Source of the DNA: a bacterium | GTDB lineage: Bacteria > Patescibacteriota > Minisyncoccia > Minisyncoccales > UBA10102 | Assembly: GCA_030647485.1 (NCBI GenBank) | Contig: JAUSJT010000004.1 | Span: 45,088-109,087 of the forward strand | Direction: 5' to 3' | DNA: 64,000 nucleotides | In this document: piece after piece, positions 1-9,740 of the stretch | Layout of the letters: every line of letters starts with the position of its first letter | How positions within the stretch are numbered: the first letter of the stretch is position 1 | Translations under genes and position numbers: made by a program | Notes under the pieces: model-generated | What the model saw: the letters and a program-made list of their open reading frames with translations, nothing else | Database searches by the model: none | What the model was told of the DNA's origin: nothing

Positions 1-1227
1 CGTTCCGTGACCACAAAAGAAGAGATGACTCAGGTTGCAACCATTTCCGCAGAAGATAAGGAACTAGGCGTTCTTATCGCTGAAGTCATGCAGGAAGTTG
101 GCAAAGACGGCGTAGTTACCATAGAAGAGTCCCAGACCTTTGGCATTCAAAAGGAAATCGTGAAGGGTCTGCAGTTTGACCGCGGGTACATTTCTCCTTA
201 CATGATCACAAACGCAGAACGCATGGAAGCTGCCCTGGAAGATCCATACATCTTAGTAACAGATAAAAAGATTTCTTCTTTGCAGGATATGCTCCCAGTT
301 CTTGAAGCGGTTGCAAAGACCGGCAAGAAAGAGCTTATTATCATTGCAGACGACGTGGACGGGGACGCACTGGCAACCATAGTGGTAAACAAGTTGCGGG
401 GTATTTTCAGTGCCTTGGCAATAAAGGCTCCTGGGTTTGGAGACCGCAAGAAAGAGATGCTAGAAGATATTGCTGTTGTGACCGGAGCCCAGGTTATTTC
501 AGAAGACCTTGGCTTGAAGCTAGACAAGATTGAGTTGAGTCAGTTGGGTTCCGCACGGAGGGTGGTTGCCACAAAAGATGATACTATTATCGTAGAAGGG
601 AAAGGCAAAAAAGAAGCAATTGACGCGAGGATTAGCCAAATACGCAGCATGATGAAAGCAACCACGTCTGACTTTGATAAAGAAAAGCTCCAGGAAAGAT
701 TGGCAAAGCTTTCTGGCGGAGTTGCGGTTATAAAAGTGGGAGCCGCAACCGAAGTGGAACAGAAGGCAAGGCAGCACAAGACAGAGGATGCATTGAATGC
801 TACAAAAGCAGCAGTGGAAGAGGGAATTGTTCCCGGAGGAGGAGTTGCATTATTGAGAGCTGCGGCTACGTTAGACGAGAGTGCTGTTCAGGACCCAGAA
901 GAGAAACTTGGCATGAGGATATTAAAGCGCGCTCTGCAAGAACCCATTCGCCAGATAGCGCAGAACTCTGGGAAAGACGGAGCCGTGGTAGCTTCTGAGG
1001 TTGGCAAAGGTAAAGATGCCTTTGGATATAACGCTGCAACAGATACGTTTGAAGATTTGGTAAAGGCAGGAGTGGTAGACCCCACTAAGGTTGTGCGCGT
1101 GGCTTTAGAGAGCGCGGTTTCTGCCGCAGCCACTCTGCTTACTATGGAAGTGGTCATTGCAGATCTTCCAGAAAAAGAAGACAAGAAAGGAAGTCCTGGA
1201 ATGGGAGGAGGCATGGGGGAATATTAG
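1..1227 (+). CDS. groEL: Chaperonin GroEL, 3' portion (5' end lies upstream of window)
   Basis: Frame open to nt 1; motifs LQFDRGYISPYM, AIKAPGFGDRKKEML, VPGGGVALL and GGM-type tail GMGGGMGEY. Confidence 0.95.
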   Translation, partial: RSVTTKEEMTQVATISAEDKELGVLIAEVMQEVGKDGVVTIEESQTFGIQKEIVKGLQFDRGYISPYMITNAERMEAALEDPYILVTDKKISSLQDMLPVLEAVAKTGKKELIIIADDVDGDALATIVVNKLRGIFSALAIKAPGFGDRKKEMLEDIAVVTGAQVISEDLGLKLDKIELSQLGSARRVVATKDDTIIVEGKGKKEAIDARISQIRSMMKATTSDFDKEKLQERLAKLSGGVAVIKVGAATEVEQKARQHKTEDALNATKAAVEEGIVPGGGVALLRAAATLDESAVQDPEEKLGMRILKRALQEPIRQIAQNSGKDGAVVASEVGKGKDAFGYNAATDTFEDLVKAGVVDPTKVVRVALESAVSAAATLLTMEVVIADLPEKEDKKGSPGMGGGMGEY

Positions 1228-1281
1228 AAAGAGAACAGAGTCTCCTTGTAGGGAGGCTCTGTTTTTGGTACAATCATTCAT

Positions 1282-1836
1282 ATGAATACAATACAAATTA
1301 TTATCGTTGCCGCAGCTCTCGTTTCCTTGTGGACGGTTGTTTTGTACAACCGGCTGGTAAACTTGCGCAACAGGGTAAAAGAGGCATTCGCAGACATTGA
1401 GGTGCAGTTAAAAAGAAGGTATGATCTTATTCCTAATCTTGTGGAAGCGGTAAAGGGATACGCGAGTCATGAGAAGGGGGTATTTGAGAAAGTTACAGAG
1501 GCAAGGACAAGGGCAATGGGAGCCCAGAGCGTCCATGAGAAAGCAGAGGCAGAGAACATGCTATCTCAAACCTTAAAATCCTTGTTCGCGGTTTCAGAAA
1601 ATTATCCTGACTTGAAGGCGTCAACAAATTTCCTTGAGCTTCAGAGAGAATTGCGTGACGCAGAAGATAAAATTCAGGCAGCCAGGCGTTTTTACAATAC
1701 CGTGGTCATGGCGCTCAACACGGGCATTGAAAGCTTCCCCGGGAATATTGTAGCTCGCATATTCAATTTCAAGCTCCAGGAATTCTTTGAAATAGAAGAA
1801 GCTGGGCAACGTGAAACTCCAAAGGTAAAGTTCTAA
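1282..1836 (+). CDS. lemA: LemA family membrane protein
   Basis: 184 aa, N-terminal TM helix, LemA-like core [20 protein letters not shown]...ARRFYN. Confidence 0.85.
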   Translation: MNTIQIIIVAAALVSLWTVVLYNRLVNLRNRVKEAFADIEVQLKRRYDLIPNLVEAVKGYASHEKGVFEKVTEARTRAMGAQSVHEKAEAENMLSQTLKSLFAVSENYPDLKASTNFLELQRELRDAEDKIQAARRFYNTVVMALNTGIESFPGNIVARIFNFKLQEFFEIEEAGQRETPKVKF

Positions 1837-1948
1837 TATAGCGTTCGCACCGCGTCTTTTCTTGGCGCTTTACCCCACATTTCGCCTGCTGGCTCAACGT
1901 GGGCACCCACGCGTCTGCAGAAAAGCCGCAGTGCTAACGCTTTCCTCT

Positions 1949-2848
1949 ATGAATCTGTATACTCATGCAGAATCTAATGTTCGGAAAACCTGGCTGTATC
2001 TTGCAGGGTTTCTTGTGTTGGTTATCGGAATAGGATGGGTATTCAGTTATGCCCTGGGGAGTCCTGCTATTCTTTGGATTGCGGTTTCTGTGTCTGTTCT
2101 TATGAGCTGGACTTCTTATTGGTATTCAGATAAAATTATTCTTACCATAAGCAAGGCAAAGCCCTTAGAGAAGCGGGATAACCCAGAGCTCTACCGTATT
2201 GTAGAAAACCTTTCTATAACCGCAGGACTTCCTGCTCCCAAGATCTATGTTATTCAAGATAGCCAGCCTAACGCCTTTGCCACGGGCAGAGACGCAGCAC
2301 ACGGCGTAGTTGCGGTAACCACGGGTCTCCTTGCAAAGTTAGAGCGCGTAGAGTTAGAAGGAGTACTGGCACATGAACTTTCGCACATTGGAAACAAAGA
2401 TATGCTGGTTTCTGCGGTTGTCGTAGTATTGGTTGGACTTATTGCTTTACTATCAGATTTCTTTTTCAGGATTACATTCTGGGGAGGCATGGGAGGCAGA
2501 GATGAGAGAAGGGGCGGACATGCTGTTTTTCTGGTTCTTGCGTTGGTCTCCGCAATCATAGCTCCTCTTGCCGCCCAGTTAGTACGCCTCGCCATTTCCC
2601 GAAAGCGCGAACTCTTGGCAGATGCGACAGGGGCTCTGCTTACCCGGTACCCCGAAGGATTGGCACGGGCTTTAGAGAAAATTGCGGCAGACCCAAATCC
2701 CATGCGTTCTGCAAACGATGCAACAGCGCACCTGTATATTGCGAGCCCCTTTCGGGGAAAAGAGCAAACAAGCTGGCTTCATAAGTTGTTTATGACCCAT
2801 CCTCCGGTGCGAGAAAGAGTGGCTGCGCTGCGAGGATTGAAACTATGA
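1949..2848 (+). CDS. htpX: M48-family zinc metalloprotease HtpX
   Basis: HELSHI (HExxH) motif, multiple TM segments, QPNAFATG motif; ATG 1949 preferred over the TTG at 1862 given in the ORF track. Confidence 0.85.
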   Translation: MNLYTHAESNVRKTWLYLAGFLVLVIGIGWVFSYALGSPAILWIAVSVSVLMSWTSYWYSDKIILTISKAKPLEKRDNPELYRIVENLSITAGLPAPKIYVIQDSQPNAFATGRDAAHGVVAVTTGLLAKLERVELEGVLAHELSHIGNKDMLVSAVVVVLVGLIALLSDFFFRITFWGGMGGRDERRGGHAVFLVLALVSAIIAPLAAQLVRLAISRKRELLADATGALLTRYPEGLARALEKIAADPNPMRSANDATAHLYIASPFRGKEQTSWLHKLFMTHPPVRERVAALRGLKL

Positions 2849-3375
2849 AATGTCCCATTTGTAATATCTATCTGGGGAAATCCATTATAGCAAACGCGGA
2901 GGTTGACTATTGCTCCCGCTGCTATGGGTTGTGGTTTGAGGAAGGGGAGTTGGAGGACGCAAAAGATGAGAAAGACCGTGACTTGCGCTGGCTCGATATT
3001 GATTTATGGAAAGACCCTGCCAGGTTTAGAATCTCTCCTCAGAAAAAGATGTGCCCTAAAGATCGCATGCCCTTATATGAGGTGCAGTATGGAGATTCAA
3101 ATATTAAGGTAGACCTGTGCAATTTGTGTTACGGCGTATGGCTAGATCGCGGGGAATTCAAGAACATTGTCGTGTGTTTAAGAGAAAAGGCGGAGCATAG
3201 GATCTTGTATCATTATACGAAAGATCTGCTTGAAGAGGCGTGGGAGATCTTTTCTGGACCGGAAATGCTCCGTGAAGAAATACTGGATTTCTTGGCAATT
3301 CTGAAACTGTTGATGTACAAGTTTGCCGCGCAATACGGAACTCTATCTCGCATGATTACTTCCTTGCCCCGGTAA
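2845..3375 (+). CDS. Zinc-ribbon (zf-TFIIB-like) domain protein
   Basis: CPIC...CSRCYGLWFEEGEL and second degenerate copy CPKD...CNLCYGVWLDRGEF; ATGA overlap with htpX stop. Confidence 0.6.
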   Translation: MKCPICNIYLGKSIIANAEVDYCSRCYGLWFEEGELEDAKDEKDRDLRWLDIDLWKDPARFRISPQKKMCPKDRMPLYEVQYGDSNIKVDLCNLCYGVWLDRGEFKNIVVCLREKAEHRILYHYTKDLLEEAWEIFSGPEMLREEILDFLAILKLLMYKFAAQYGTLSRMITSLPR

Positions 3376-3379
3376 GGTA

Positions 3380-3409
3380 TTGACAAACTGTATTACAATT
3401 TGTTACACT
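3380..3409 (+). promoter_or_regulatory. Sigma-70-like promoter, TTGACA-18-TACACT, 6 nt upstream of ATG 3416 (leaderless-type)
   Basis: TTGACA 3380-3385, TACACT 3404-3409; the ORF-track start 3380 lies inside the -35 box. Confidence 0.4.
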
Positions 3410-3415
3410 ATTTGT

Positions 3416-3634
3416 ATGCGTACTATTGTAAATATTTCATTGCCAAGAGAGCTTGGAGAGTCTCTTGAGCATTTGATGGAAAAGGGCAACTATGCGACAA
3501 AAAGCGAGTTCTTGCGCGAACTTATTCGTGACAGAGTTGAAGAAGAGGATATTGTCAAGCAAATCAAGAAAAGCGAAGCTGAATTTCGTGCAGGAAAGGG
3601 TAAGGTATTGCATTCGCTCAAGGATCTCCGCTGA
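3416..3634 (+). CDS. Ribbon-helix-helix (CopG/ParD-like) type II antitoxin
   Basis: N-terminal beta-strand VNISLP then helices SEFLRELIRDRV; sits directly upstream of RelE-like toxin. Confidence 0.7.
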   Translation: MRTIVNISLPRELGESLEHLMEKGNYATKSEFLRELIRDRVEEEDIVKQIKKSEAEFRAGKGKVLHSLKDLR

Positions 3635-3648
3635 ATTCTGTTTGACCC

Positions 3649-3912
3649 ATGCAGATTCTCTATTCATTGGAATTCGAACGGAGATATAAACGATTACCGT
3701 TTGAGATTCAGAAAAAAGCTGAAGAAAAAGAGATAATTTTTCGCAAAGACCCTTTCGACTCCCGGCTCAAAACTCACAAACTGCACGGTCGGCTAAATAA
3801 TTTTTGGGCTTTTTCTATTGACCAGCGTTGTCGAATCATTTTTGCGTTTTTAGAAAGGAATAAGGTAAGATTCTATGCAGTAGGCGATCATTCCTTGTAT
3901 AAAAAACCTTGA
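3649..3912 (+). CDS. RelE/ParE (YafQ-like) type II toxin
   Basis: 87 aa; KTHKLHGRLNNFWAFSIDQRCRIIF pattern typical of RelE/YafQ mRNA interferases; paired with RHH gene. Confidence 0.7.
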   Translation: MQILYSLEFERRYKRLPFEIQKKAEEKEIIFRKDPFDSRLKTHKLHGRLNNFWAFSIDQRCRIIFAFLERNKVRFYAVGDHSLYKKP

Positions 3913-3997
3913 GGAGAGGTGTGCGAGCGGCTTAAACAGCAGTCCTGGAAAGACTGTGTACCGAAAGGTACCGAGGGTTCGAATCCCTCCCTCTCCG
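3913..3997 (+). tRNA. tRNA-Ser (anticodon GGA)
   Basis: Acceptor GGAGAGG/CCTCTCC, anticodon stem CAGTC/GACTG with loop CTGGAAA, long variable arm GTACC-GAAA-GGTAC, T-loop GAGGGTTCGAATCCCTC; no encoded CCA. Confidence 0.9.
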
Positions 3998-4048
3998 CTT
4001 TGAGAGTATAACGTCGAGGATATACAAACTAAATAAAATAGTAATACC

Positions 4049-4516
4049 ATGAAACCTTCATATATTCTTATAGGTATTGTTATTGCAGTCGTGGTTGTCG
4101 GAGGTGTAATAATGCTTCAGTCGAATAATAATTCTCAACTTTCTTCTTTTGAAGAAGAGGAGAATATGACGCCTCCGATGATGGAGGAGCAGTCACAGCC
4201 GTCTCCCACGGTGGTATACACCGATGGAGGGTATTCTCCCAAAGAGCTTGCGATAAAAAAGGGAGATATTGTAACGTTTAGGAATGAGAGTTCCCAGCCC
4301 ATGTGGACCGCGTCTGCCATGCACCCTAACCATACGGCGTATCCAGGAACAAATATTACGAATTGCGGAAAGCCCGCTATGATGGGTATGATGTTTGATG
4401 CTTGTGCCGTAACTTCTGCTGGATCAAGCTGGATGTTCCAGTTTAACGAGATAGGAGAATGGGGCTACCACAATCATATGCAGGCAAGCCATACTGGGAA
4501 TATAATCGTAGAGTAA
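4049..4516 (+). CDS. Secreted cupredoxin-like domain protein
   Basis: N-terminal TM/signal anchor; KKGDIVTFRNES...HNHM..H.GNIIV pattern resembling Cupredoxin_1/EfeO-N domains. Confidence 0.6.
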   Translation: MKPSYILIGIVIAVVVVGGVIMLQSNNNSQLSSFEEEENMTPPMMEEQSQPSPTVVYTDGGYSPKELAIKKGDIVTFRNESSQPMWTASAMHPNHTAYPGTNITNCGKPAMMGMMFDACAVTSAGSSWMFQFNEIGEWGYHNHMQASHTGNIIVE

Positions 4517-4559
4517 CGCGCTTGCTTTGGCCTCTTTGAGCAAGTAAGATGAAAGCGCT

Positions 4560-6326
4560 ATGATTTCTTCCCCCATTGAGGAAATAAAGGAGAAGTTGGA
4601 TGTTATGCAAGTAGTGGGAGAATACATCAAACTCCAAAAGGCGGGCGCTAACTACCGCGCGCTTTGTCCGTTTCACCAGGAAAAGAATCCTTCTTTTTTT
4701 GTAAGCCCAAGCAGGCAGATGTGGCATTGTTTTGGCGGGTGCGGAGAAGGAGGAGATATATTCAAGTTTGTCATGAAAATAGAGGGCATAGAGTTTGGAG
4801 ATGCCCTTCGTCTTTTGGCTCAGAAGGCAGGAGTTGAATTAAAGGCATTGGATCCTGCCGTAGCCCGTATGCAGTCAGAACGAAAGGGCATGGCAGAATT
4901 AATGGAGTGGTGCGCGAAGTTCTTTGAGAGGCAGTTGGCAGACTCTCAAGCAGGTAAGGAGGCGGCGCAGTATCTGTTGGACAGAGGGGTTACCAAAGAG
5001 AGTATGATAAAGTGGAGATTGGGGTATGCCCCGGATTCTGCCTTGGGGTTATGCGAGTTTTTAGAGGGCAAGGGATACTCAAGAGACGAGGTTGGTAGGG
5101 CAGGCATGCTGGCGTATTCTGAAGGAAAAACGTATGATCGGTTCCGAAGCCGCATTATGTTTCCCGTTGCAGACCTGCACGGTTCTATCATTGGTTTTGG
5201 CGGCAGGATTTTTACCAAGGCGGGAACTGCTGTTAAGGAAGGGTTTGCAAAGTACATCAATACTCCCAATACTGCGCTGTATGATAAGAGCAAGGTATTG
5301 TACGGACTAGACAAGGCAAAGATGCAAGTACTAAAGAACGATGCTTGCATTCTTGTAGAAGGGTATATGGATACCATTATGGTGTCGCAGGCTGGCAACG
5401 AGAATGTGGTTGCGGTGTCTGGCACTGCTTTAACTCCCTGGCATCTTAAGATTTTAAAGCGCTATACCGAGAATCTTCTTCTTTCTTTTGATATGGATAT
5501 TGCAGGAGATACTGCAACAAGACGGGGCATTGACCTTGCACTGCAAGACGGGTTTTCCTTAAAGGTTATAACCATGCCAGAGAAAGATCCCGCAGAGGTT
5601 ATTCAAGAGAATCCCGAAACGTGGAAAAAGTTTCTAGAAGGCGCAGTATCTATTCTTGATTTTTACTTTTCCACCGCGTTTTCCCGTCATGACGCAAAGA
5701 GTCCTGAAGGCAAGAAAGCCATAGCAAAAGACCTGCTCCCGATTATTGGAAAGATAGCGAATAAGATAGAGCAGGCGCATTGGATTCAAAAGCTTTCTCA
5801 TGAGATTGGAGTAAGAGAAGAAGTTATTCAAGAGGAATTGAAGAAAGTGAAGGGAGGAGTAGAGTCGTATGGTGGGCGTCAAGACGTTGTTCAAGGTACC
5901 GTCGCTCCCGCTTCAAGAAAGCAGCTATTGGAAGACCGCACTCTAGCCCTTTTGTTCCGGAGGCCCGAAAATCTCACGCTGATTGCAGAAGAGCATCTTT
6001 CTTTGTTTAGCGTGAAGACCCAGGAAATCCTTGCAGGGTTTGAGAAGAATCCTTCACTGGGTTTTCAAGGGTTTGAGGGGTTATTTTCTTCTGAAACCAT
6101 TGAGTTTTTAAAGTATATTGCCTTAAAGTCCGAGATTGAGGAAGAGGACGCTGACTGGGAAAAGGAGTGCAGGGTGTGCCTAGAGCAGCTTCACTCCTTG
6201 TTTATTAAGGAGAAATTAGATAGTATTGCAAAAGAGATTCAAGACGCAGAGGAGCGCAAAGACGCAGTAAAGCTTGGCGAGTTGCTTTTGCAGTTTCAGG
6301 AGATGAGCCGTAAGATTATTTTATGA
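4560..6326 (+). CDS. dnaG: DNA primase
   Basis: CHC2 zinc finger [11 protein letters not shown]...CFGCG, TOPRIM LVEGYMD and DMDIAGD. Confidence 0.95.
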   Translation: MISSPIEEIKEKLDVMQVVGEYIKLQKAGANYRALCPFHQEKNPSFFVSPSRQMWHCFGGCGEGGDIFKFVMKIEGIEFGDALRLLAQKAGVELKALDPAVARMQSERKGMAELMEWCAKFFERQLADSQAGKEAAQYLLDRGVTKESMIKWRLGYAPDSALGLCEFLEGKGYSRDEVGRAGMLAYSEGKTYDRFRSRIMFPVADLHGSIIGFGGRIFTKAGTAVKEGFAKYINTPNTALYDKSKVLYGLDKAKMQVLKNDACILVEGYMDTIMVSQAGNENVVAVSGTALTPWHLKILKRYTENLLLSFDMDIAGDTATRRGIDLALQDGFSLKVITMPEKDPAEVIQENPETWKKFLEGAVSILDFYFSTAFSRHDAKSPEGKKAIAKDLLPIIGKIANKIEQAHWIQKLSHEIGVREEVIQEELKKVKGGVESYGGRQDVVQGTVAPASRKQLLEDRTLALLFRRPENLTLIAEEHLSLFSVKTQEILAGFEKNPSLGFQGFEGLFSSETIEFLKYIALKSEIEEEDADWEKECRVCLEQLHSLFIKEKLDSIAKEIQDAEERKDAVKLGELLLQFQEMSRKIIL

Positions 6327-7513
6327 TAAAGAAAAAGAAGAAAATTTCTAAAAAGCTGACCTCTTCGGTAAAACTCAAGACAGGCAAGAAAAGAATAAGG
6401 GCAACCTTTCGACAAGTTGGAGGTAAAGCAAAATCCACTCGGAGCAGAAAGAGAGTAGGGGTGAGGGAAGACAAGCTCTTAGAGCTTATTGAAAAGGCAA
6501 CTCCTCGCGGTTTTGTGACGTACTCTGAAATACTCTATCAGTTTCCCGACATTGAAAAAGATGTGGAGGGATTGGAGTATTTGTATGAGAAGTTAGAAGA
6601 GGGAGGCATTCGAGTGGAAGAGGTAAAAGAATACTTGAACGTAGACGAACCGGAAAAGAAAAAGATTCTTCTTGCAGACGAGGCGCCCCTAGATCCTGTG
6701 CAGATGTACTTGAAAGAGATTGGGAAGATTTCTTTTGTGACCGCAGAACAAGAGCGTGAGCTTGCCAAGAAAATTGAAAAAGGGGATCTGGAAGCAAAGA
6801 AGACATTGGCACGAGCAAACCTCCGCCTTGTGGTGTCCATTGCAAAGAAATATGTGGGGCGCTCTCCTAACCTCACTCTTTTAGATCTTATCCAGGAAGG
6901 AAATCTTGGATTATTCCGCGCGGTAGAGAAGTTTGATTGGAGGCGCGGATATAAGTTCTCTACTTATGCAACATGGTGGATACGTCAGGCCATTACCCGG
7001 GCTTTGGCAGATCAGGCGCGAACCATACGCATTCCCGTGCATATGATTGAGACTATTTCTAAATACACCCAGGTGAGAAGGCGTTTGCTCCAGGATTTAG
7101 GCAGGGAGCCTTTGCCAGAGGAAATCGCAGCTGAAATGGGTCTGGAGGTTTCAAAGGTGCACCAGATTCAAAGAATTTCTCAAGAAACAGTATCCCTTGA
7201 AACTCCGGTAGGAGAAGATGATGAAGATAGCGTGCTGGCGGAGTTTGTGGAAGACGAGAAGGTTCCTCCTCCTTCGGTGGAAGCAGCCCGTAATCTCTTG
7301 AGAGAACGCTTAAAAGAAATACTCGCCGATCTTACCGCAAGAGAACAGAAGATCTTGGCCATGCGTTTTGGATTTGACGACGGTATTACCCATACCCTAG
7401 AAGAAGTAGGAAGCGAGTTTGGCGTAACCAGAGAGCGCATACGTCAGATTGAGGCTAAATCCTTGGAAAAGATCAGAGAGCACCGTTCTCTAAAGAAGTT
7501 GAAAGGATATTAA
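6323..7513 (+). CDS. rpoD: RNA polymerase sigma-70 factor RpoD
   Basis: Region 2 [18 protein letters not shown], region 4.2 [20 protein letters not shown]; ATGA overlap with dnaG. Confidence 0.95.
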   Translation: MIKKKKKISKKLTSSVKLKTGKKRIRATFRQVGGKAKSTRSRKRVGVREDKLLELIEKATPRGFVTYSEILYQFPDIEKDVEGLEYLYEKLEEGGIRVEEVKEYLNVDEPEKKKILLADEAPLDPVQMYLKEIGKISFVTAEQERELAKKIEKGDLEAKKTLARANLRLVVSIAKKYVGRSPNLTLLDLIQEGNLGLFRAVEKFDWRRGYKFSTYATWWIRQAITRALADQARTIRIPVHMIETISKYTQVRRRLLQDLGREPLPEEIAAEMGLEVSKVHQIQRISQETVSLETPVGEDDEDSVLAEFVEDEKVPPPSVEAARNLLRERLKEILADLTAREQKILAMRFGFDDGITHTLEEVGSEFGVTRERIRQIEAKSLEKIREHRSLKKLKGY

Positions 7514-7539
7514 AACAGGGCAGTGATGCCCTGTTTTGT
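7514..7539 (+). terminator. Rho-independent terminator after rpoD
   Basis: AACAGGGCA-gtga-TGCCCTGTT followed by T-rich run. Confidence 0.6.
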
Positions 7540-7564
7540 GTCTGTAAGCTCCCAACCAACGCTG

Positions 7565-7640
7565 AGCTCCGGCGGTAGGATTCGAACCTACGACCAAGTG
7601 CTTAACAGGCACCTGCGCTACCGCTGCGCTACGCCGGAGC
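7565..7640 (-). tRNA. tRNA-Asn (anticodon GTT)
   Basis: Reverse complement folds as cloverleaf: acceptor GCTCCGG/CCGGAGC, anticodon loop CTGTTAA, T-arm GTAGGTTCGAATCCTAC; putative promoter TTGAAA-16-TATAGT upstream on minus strand (7665-7692). Confidence 0.9.
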
Positions 7641-7693
7641 TCAATTTTGGTGAGGCCATTTCTTACTATAGCAGTTCTCTCGCAGTTTTCAAC

Positions 7694-7718
7694 CCTGTGC
7701 ATATCTGATTTGCACAGG
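7694..7718. repeat. REP-like hairpin copy 1 (CCTGTGCA-tatctgatt-TGCACAGG)
   Basis: Perfect 8-bp stem; near-identical copies at 8450-8474 (inverted) and 17906-17930 (direct). Confidence 0.6.
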
Positions 7719-7743
7719 ACTTTTTGTAAGGTACAATGAGCGC

Positions 7744-8448
7744 ATGAGATACGAAATTGGAACATTCGTTCATGTATGCGCCCGTGGGACAAGAGGATTG
7801 CCTATTGTTCATGATGATCAAGACAGATGGCATTTTCTTGAGCTTCTTTATTACTGCAATCATACTGAATCTCGGCGCAACCTCTTTCGTAAACTGCAAG
7901 AGAGCAAAGAAGAAAACAAAACAAAAAAACTATTCTTTTGGCCTCCTGTATGGAGAGAACGGGAACCCATAGTAAGTGTTGTTACCTATGCCCTAGTAGA
8001 GAATCATTACCATCTGCTTTTGCAGGAGCGTGTTGAGAATGGAATATCACGGTTTATGCAAAAAATTGGCATTGGTTTCGCAAAGTATTACAACCAGAAG
8101 TATAAAACGAAAGGCAATCTTTTTCAGGGAAGATATCGTGCAAAGGTTGTGGACACGGATGAGTACCTTTCTTATGTGAGCGCCTATATTCAGGCAAAAA
8201 ATATTCTTGAGGTGTATCCTGGCGGTTTGGGATCCGCGCTCTCAAATCTAGAAAAGAGCTTCCAATGGGCAACCGAATATCCGTTTGGTAGTTTAGGGGA
8301 CTACGTTGGCGCGAGAAAGTTTCCTATAGTAGAGAAGAGCGTTCTTGGAGATATGTTTTCTAGCCCTGCGTCTTACCAAAAGTTTGCAAAAGAATGCGTA
8401 AAGGGTATGAATTTAAAAGAAAAGCTCGGTAAATTAACCCTTGAGTAA
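7744..8448 (+). mobile_element. REP-associated tyrosine transposase (RAYT, IS200/IS605 Y1 HUH family)
   Basis: HUH motif in VENHYHLLLQE, FQGRYRAK, YVSAYIQAKN; flanked by inverted REP hairpins; promoter TTGCAC(7710-7715)-16-TACAAT(7732-7737) 6 nt before ATG. Confidence 0.8.
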
Positions 8449-8449
8449 A

Positions 8450-8474
8450 CCCTGTGCATTTCAGATATGCACGC
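8450..8474. repeat. REP-like hairpin copy 2 (inverted relative to copy 1)
   Basis: Reverse complement GTGCATATCTGAaaTGCACAGG differs from copy 1 only in the loop. Confidence 0.6.
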
Positions 8475-9686
8475 TATTATTACATCACGGCTTATGGAGC
8501 AACCAAACTCCGGCGGGATTTCAAGCAAAGAGCATTGGTTCGTCATCTGGTCAACTTTAATGAATTAAAAATCTTTGAGTCCGCTCAAGGTCAGCATAAT
8601 ATGATTACAATTTTGCAAAAAGGCCAAGACGAAAACGCCGTAGCCAAAACGGCTATTACACAAAAACAAGGCGTAGCAAAACAGGAAACGCTCCGGCAGA
8701 TATTAAGCGGAAACGATCCAGAAACTCCTTATTATCAAGTCAAGCAAAAAGATTTGTATGACGGTGATGATTACCAAATTAGGTTACAGGGAACATCAAT
8801 AGAAGGTCACGATCCCATACAAACAATTTTGAGCAAAATTAAAACTCACGGGGACCTTTTAGGAGTTATTTGTAACGTAAATCAAGGTATCGTTACCGGT
8901 GCAGATAAAGTATCAAAAAAGCATATTGAAAAGTATGGCATCAAAGCAAGCGTTGGCGATGGGATATTCATTCTGTCAAAGAGAGAAATTGTTGACCTAA
9001 AACTCTCGGCTGATGAGAAAAAACTATTAAGGCCATGGTTTAAAAATTCAGACATACTTAGATGGACCGCATCAAAAGATACAAAAAAGGAAGTTATCTA
9101 TTCAAACGATGAAACTGTATCAGACATAGAAGACCTTCCAAATTTAGAACGGCATCTTGCTAAATTTAAAAAAATAATTTCGGCCTATGCTTATCGCTGG
9201 CATGATTTACATAGATCTCGGCAATTGAAGATATTTGAAGGACCTAAAATCGTTGTTCCACAGCGTAGCCCACTCAATACTTTTGGCTATAACGAAATTC
9301 CTTGGTATGCAAGTGCCGATGTGTATTTTATTACAACGAAAAACAAGGAAATTTCTTTAAAATATATCTTGGCTCTTCTTAACTCACAACTATATTACCT
9401 TTGGCTTTATTACCAAGGCAAAAGAAAGGGAGAAATATTAGAGCTTTACCAAGCACCCCTTTCGGAGATTCCAATTAAGAAAATTTTAGAAAACGAACAA
9501 AAATCATTTATTAATCTCGTTGATAAAATCCTTGCTCTTACTAAAGACAATGATTATTTAAAAAACTCTGAAAAACAAGCCAAAGTCCACGACTACGAAA
9601 AACAAGTTGACCAGTTAGTCTATAAACTCTACAGCCTTACGCCGGAGGAGATTGAGGTTGTGGAAAAGAAGGATGGTCGACCTTAA
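8454..9686 (+). CDS. N-terminally truncated Eco57I/TaqI-type N6-adenine DNA methyltransferase: only the target-recognition (TaqI_C-like) half remains
   Basis: GIVTGADKV, LLRPWFKNSDILRW, KIVVPQRS...WYASADVYFI, LLNSQLYYLWLY, LYSLTPEEIEVVE typical of the C-terminal half; no AdoMet or NPPY/NPPW motif; frame opens only 9 nt upstream, GTG start lies inside REP copy 2. Confidence 0.65.
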   Translation: MHFRYARYYYITAYGATKLRRDFKQRALVRHLVNFNELKIFESAQGQHNMITILQKGQDENAVAKTAITQKQGVAKQETLRQILSGNDPETPYYQVKQKDLYDGDDYQIRLQGTSIEGHDPIQTILSKIKTHGDLLGVICNVNQGIVTGADKVSKKHIEKYGIKASVGDGIFILSKREIVDLKLSADEKKLLRPWFKNSDILRWTASKDTKKEVIYSNDETVSDIEDLPNLERHLAKFKKIISAYAYRWHDLHRSRQLKIFEGPKIVVPQRSPLNTFGYNEIPWYASADVYFITTKNKEISLKYILALLNSQLYYLWLYYQGKRKGEILELYQAPLSEIPIKKILENEQKSFINLVDKILALTKDNDYLKNSEKQAKVHDYEKQVDQLVYKLYSLTPEEIEVVEKKDGRP

Positions 9687-9740
9687 CCCTGATAGTTGTT
9701 ATAATAAGATTGAGGCTGTGCACAACTCCTCAATGTTGAT

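Noticed and set aside
198-1296. Several minus-strand ORFs (198-527, 520-777, 540-779, 888-1214, 1105-1296) antisense to groEL
   Set aside because: They are shadow ORFs inside an unambiguous GroEL frame, with low-complexity, motif-free translations.
1837-1948. GC-rich 110-nt spacer upstream of htpX containing CAGTGCTAA, which resembles one CIRCE half-site (GAGTGCTAA), and the TTG-initiated N-terminal extension in the ORF track
   Set aside because: The required inverted partner (TTAGCACTC, 9 nt upstream) is absent, so this is not a CIRCE element. The extension (MALYPTFRLLAQRGHPRV...) is unlike HtpX N-termini, so ATG 1949 was used.
7565-7760. tRNA-Asn as an integrase-type att site for the island
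   Set aside because: - The island lies on the 5' side of the tRNA.
- No integrase gene and no duplicated tRNA 3' segment were found in the window.
- The integration mechanism is therefore left open.
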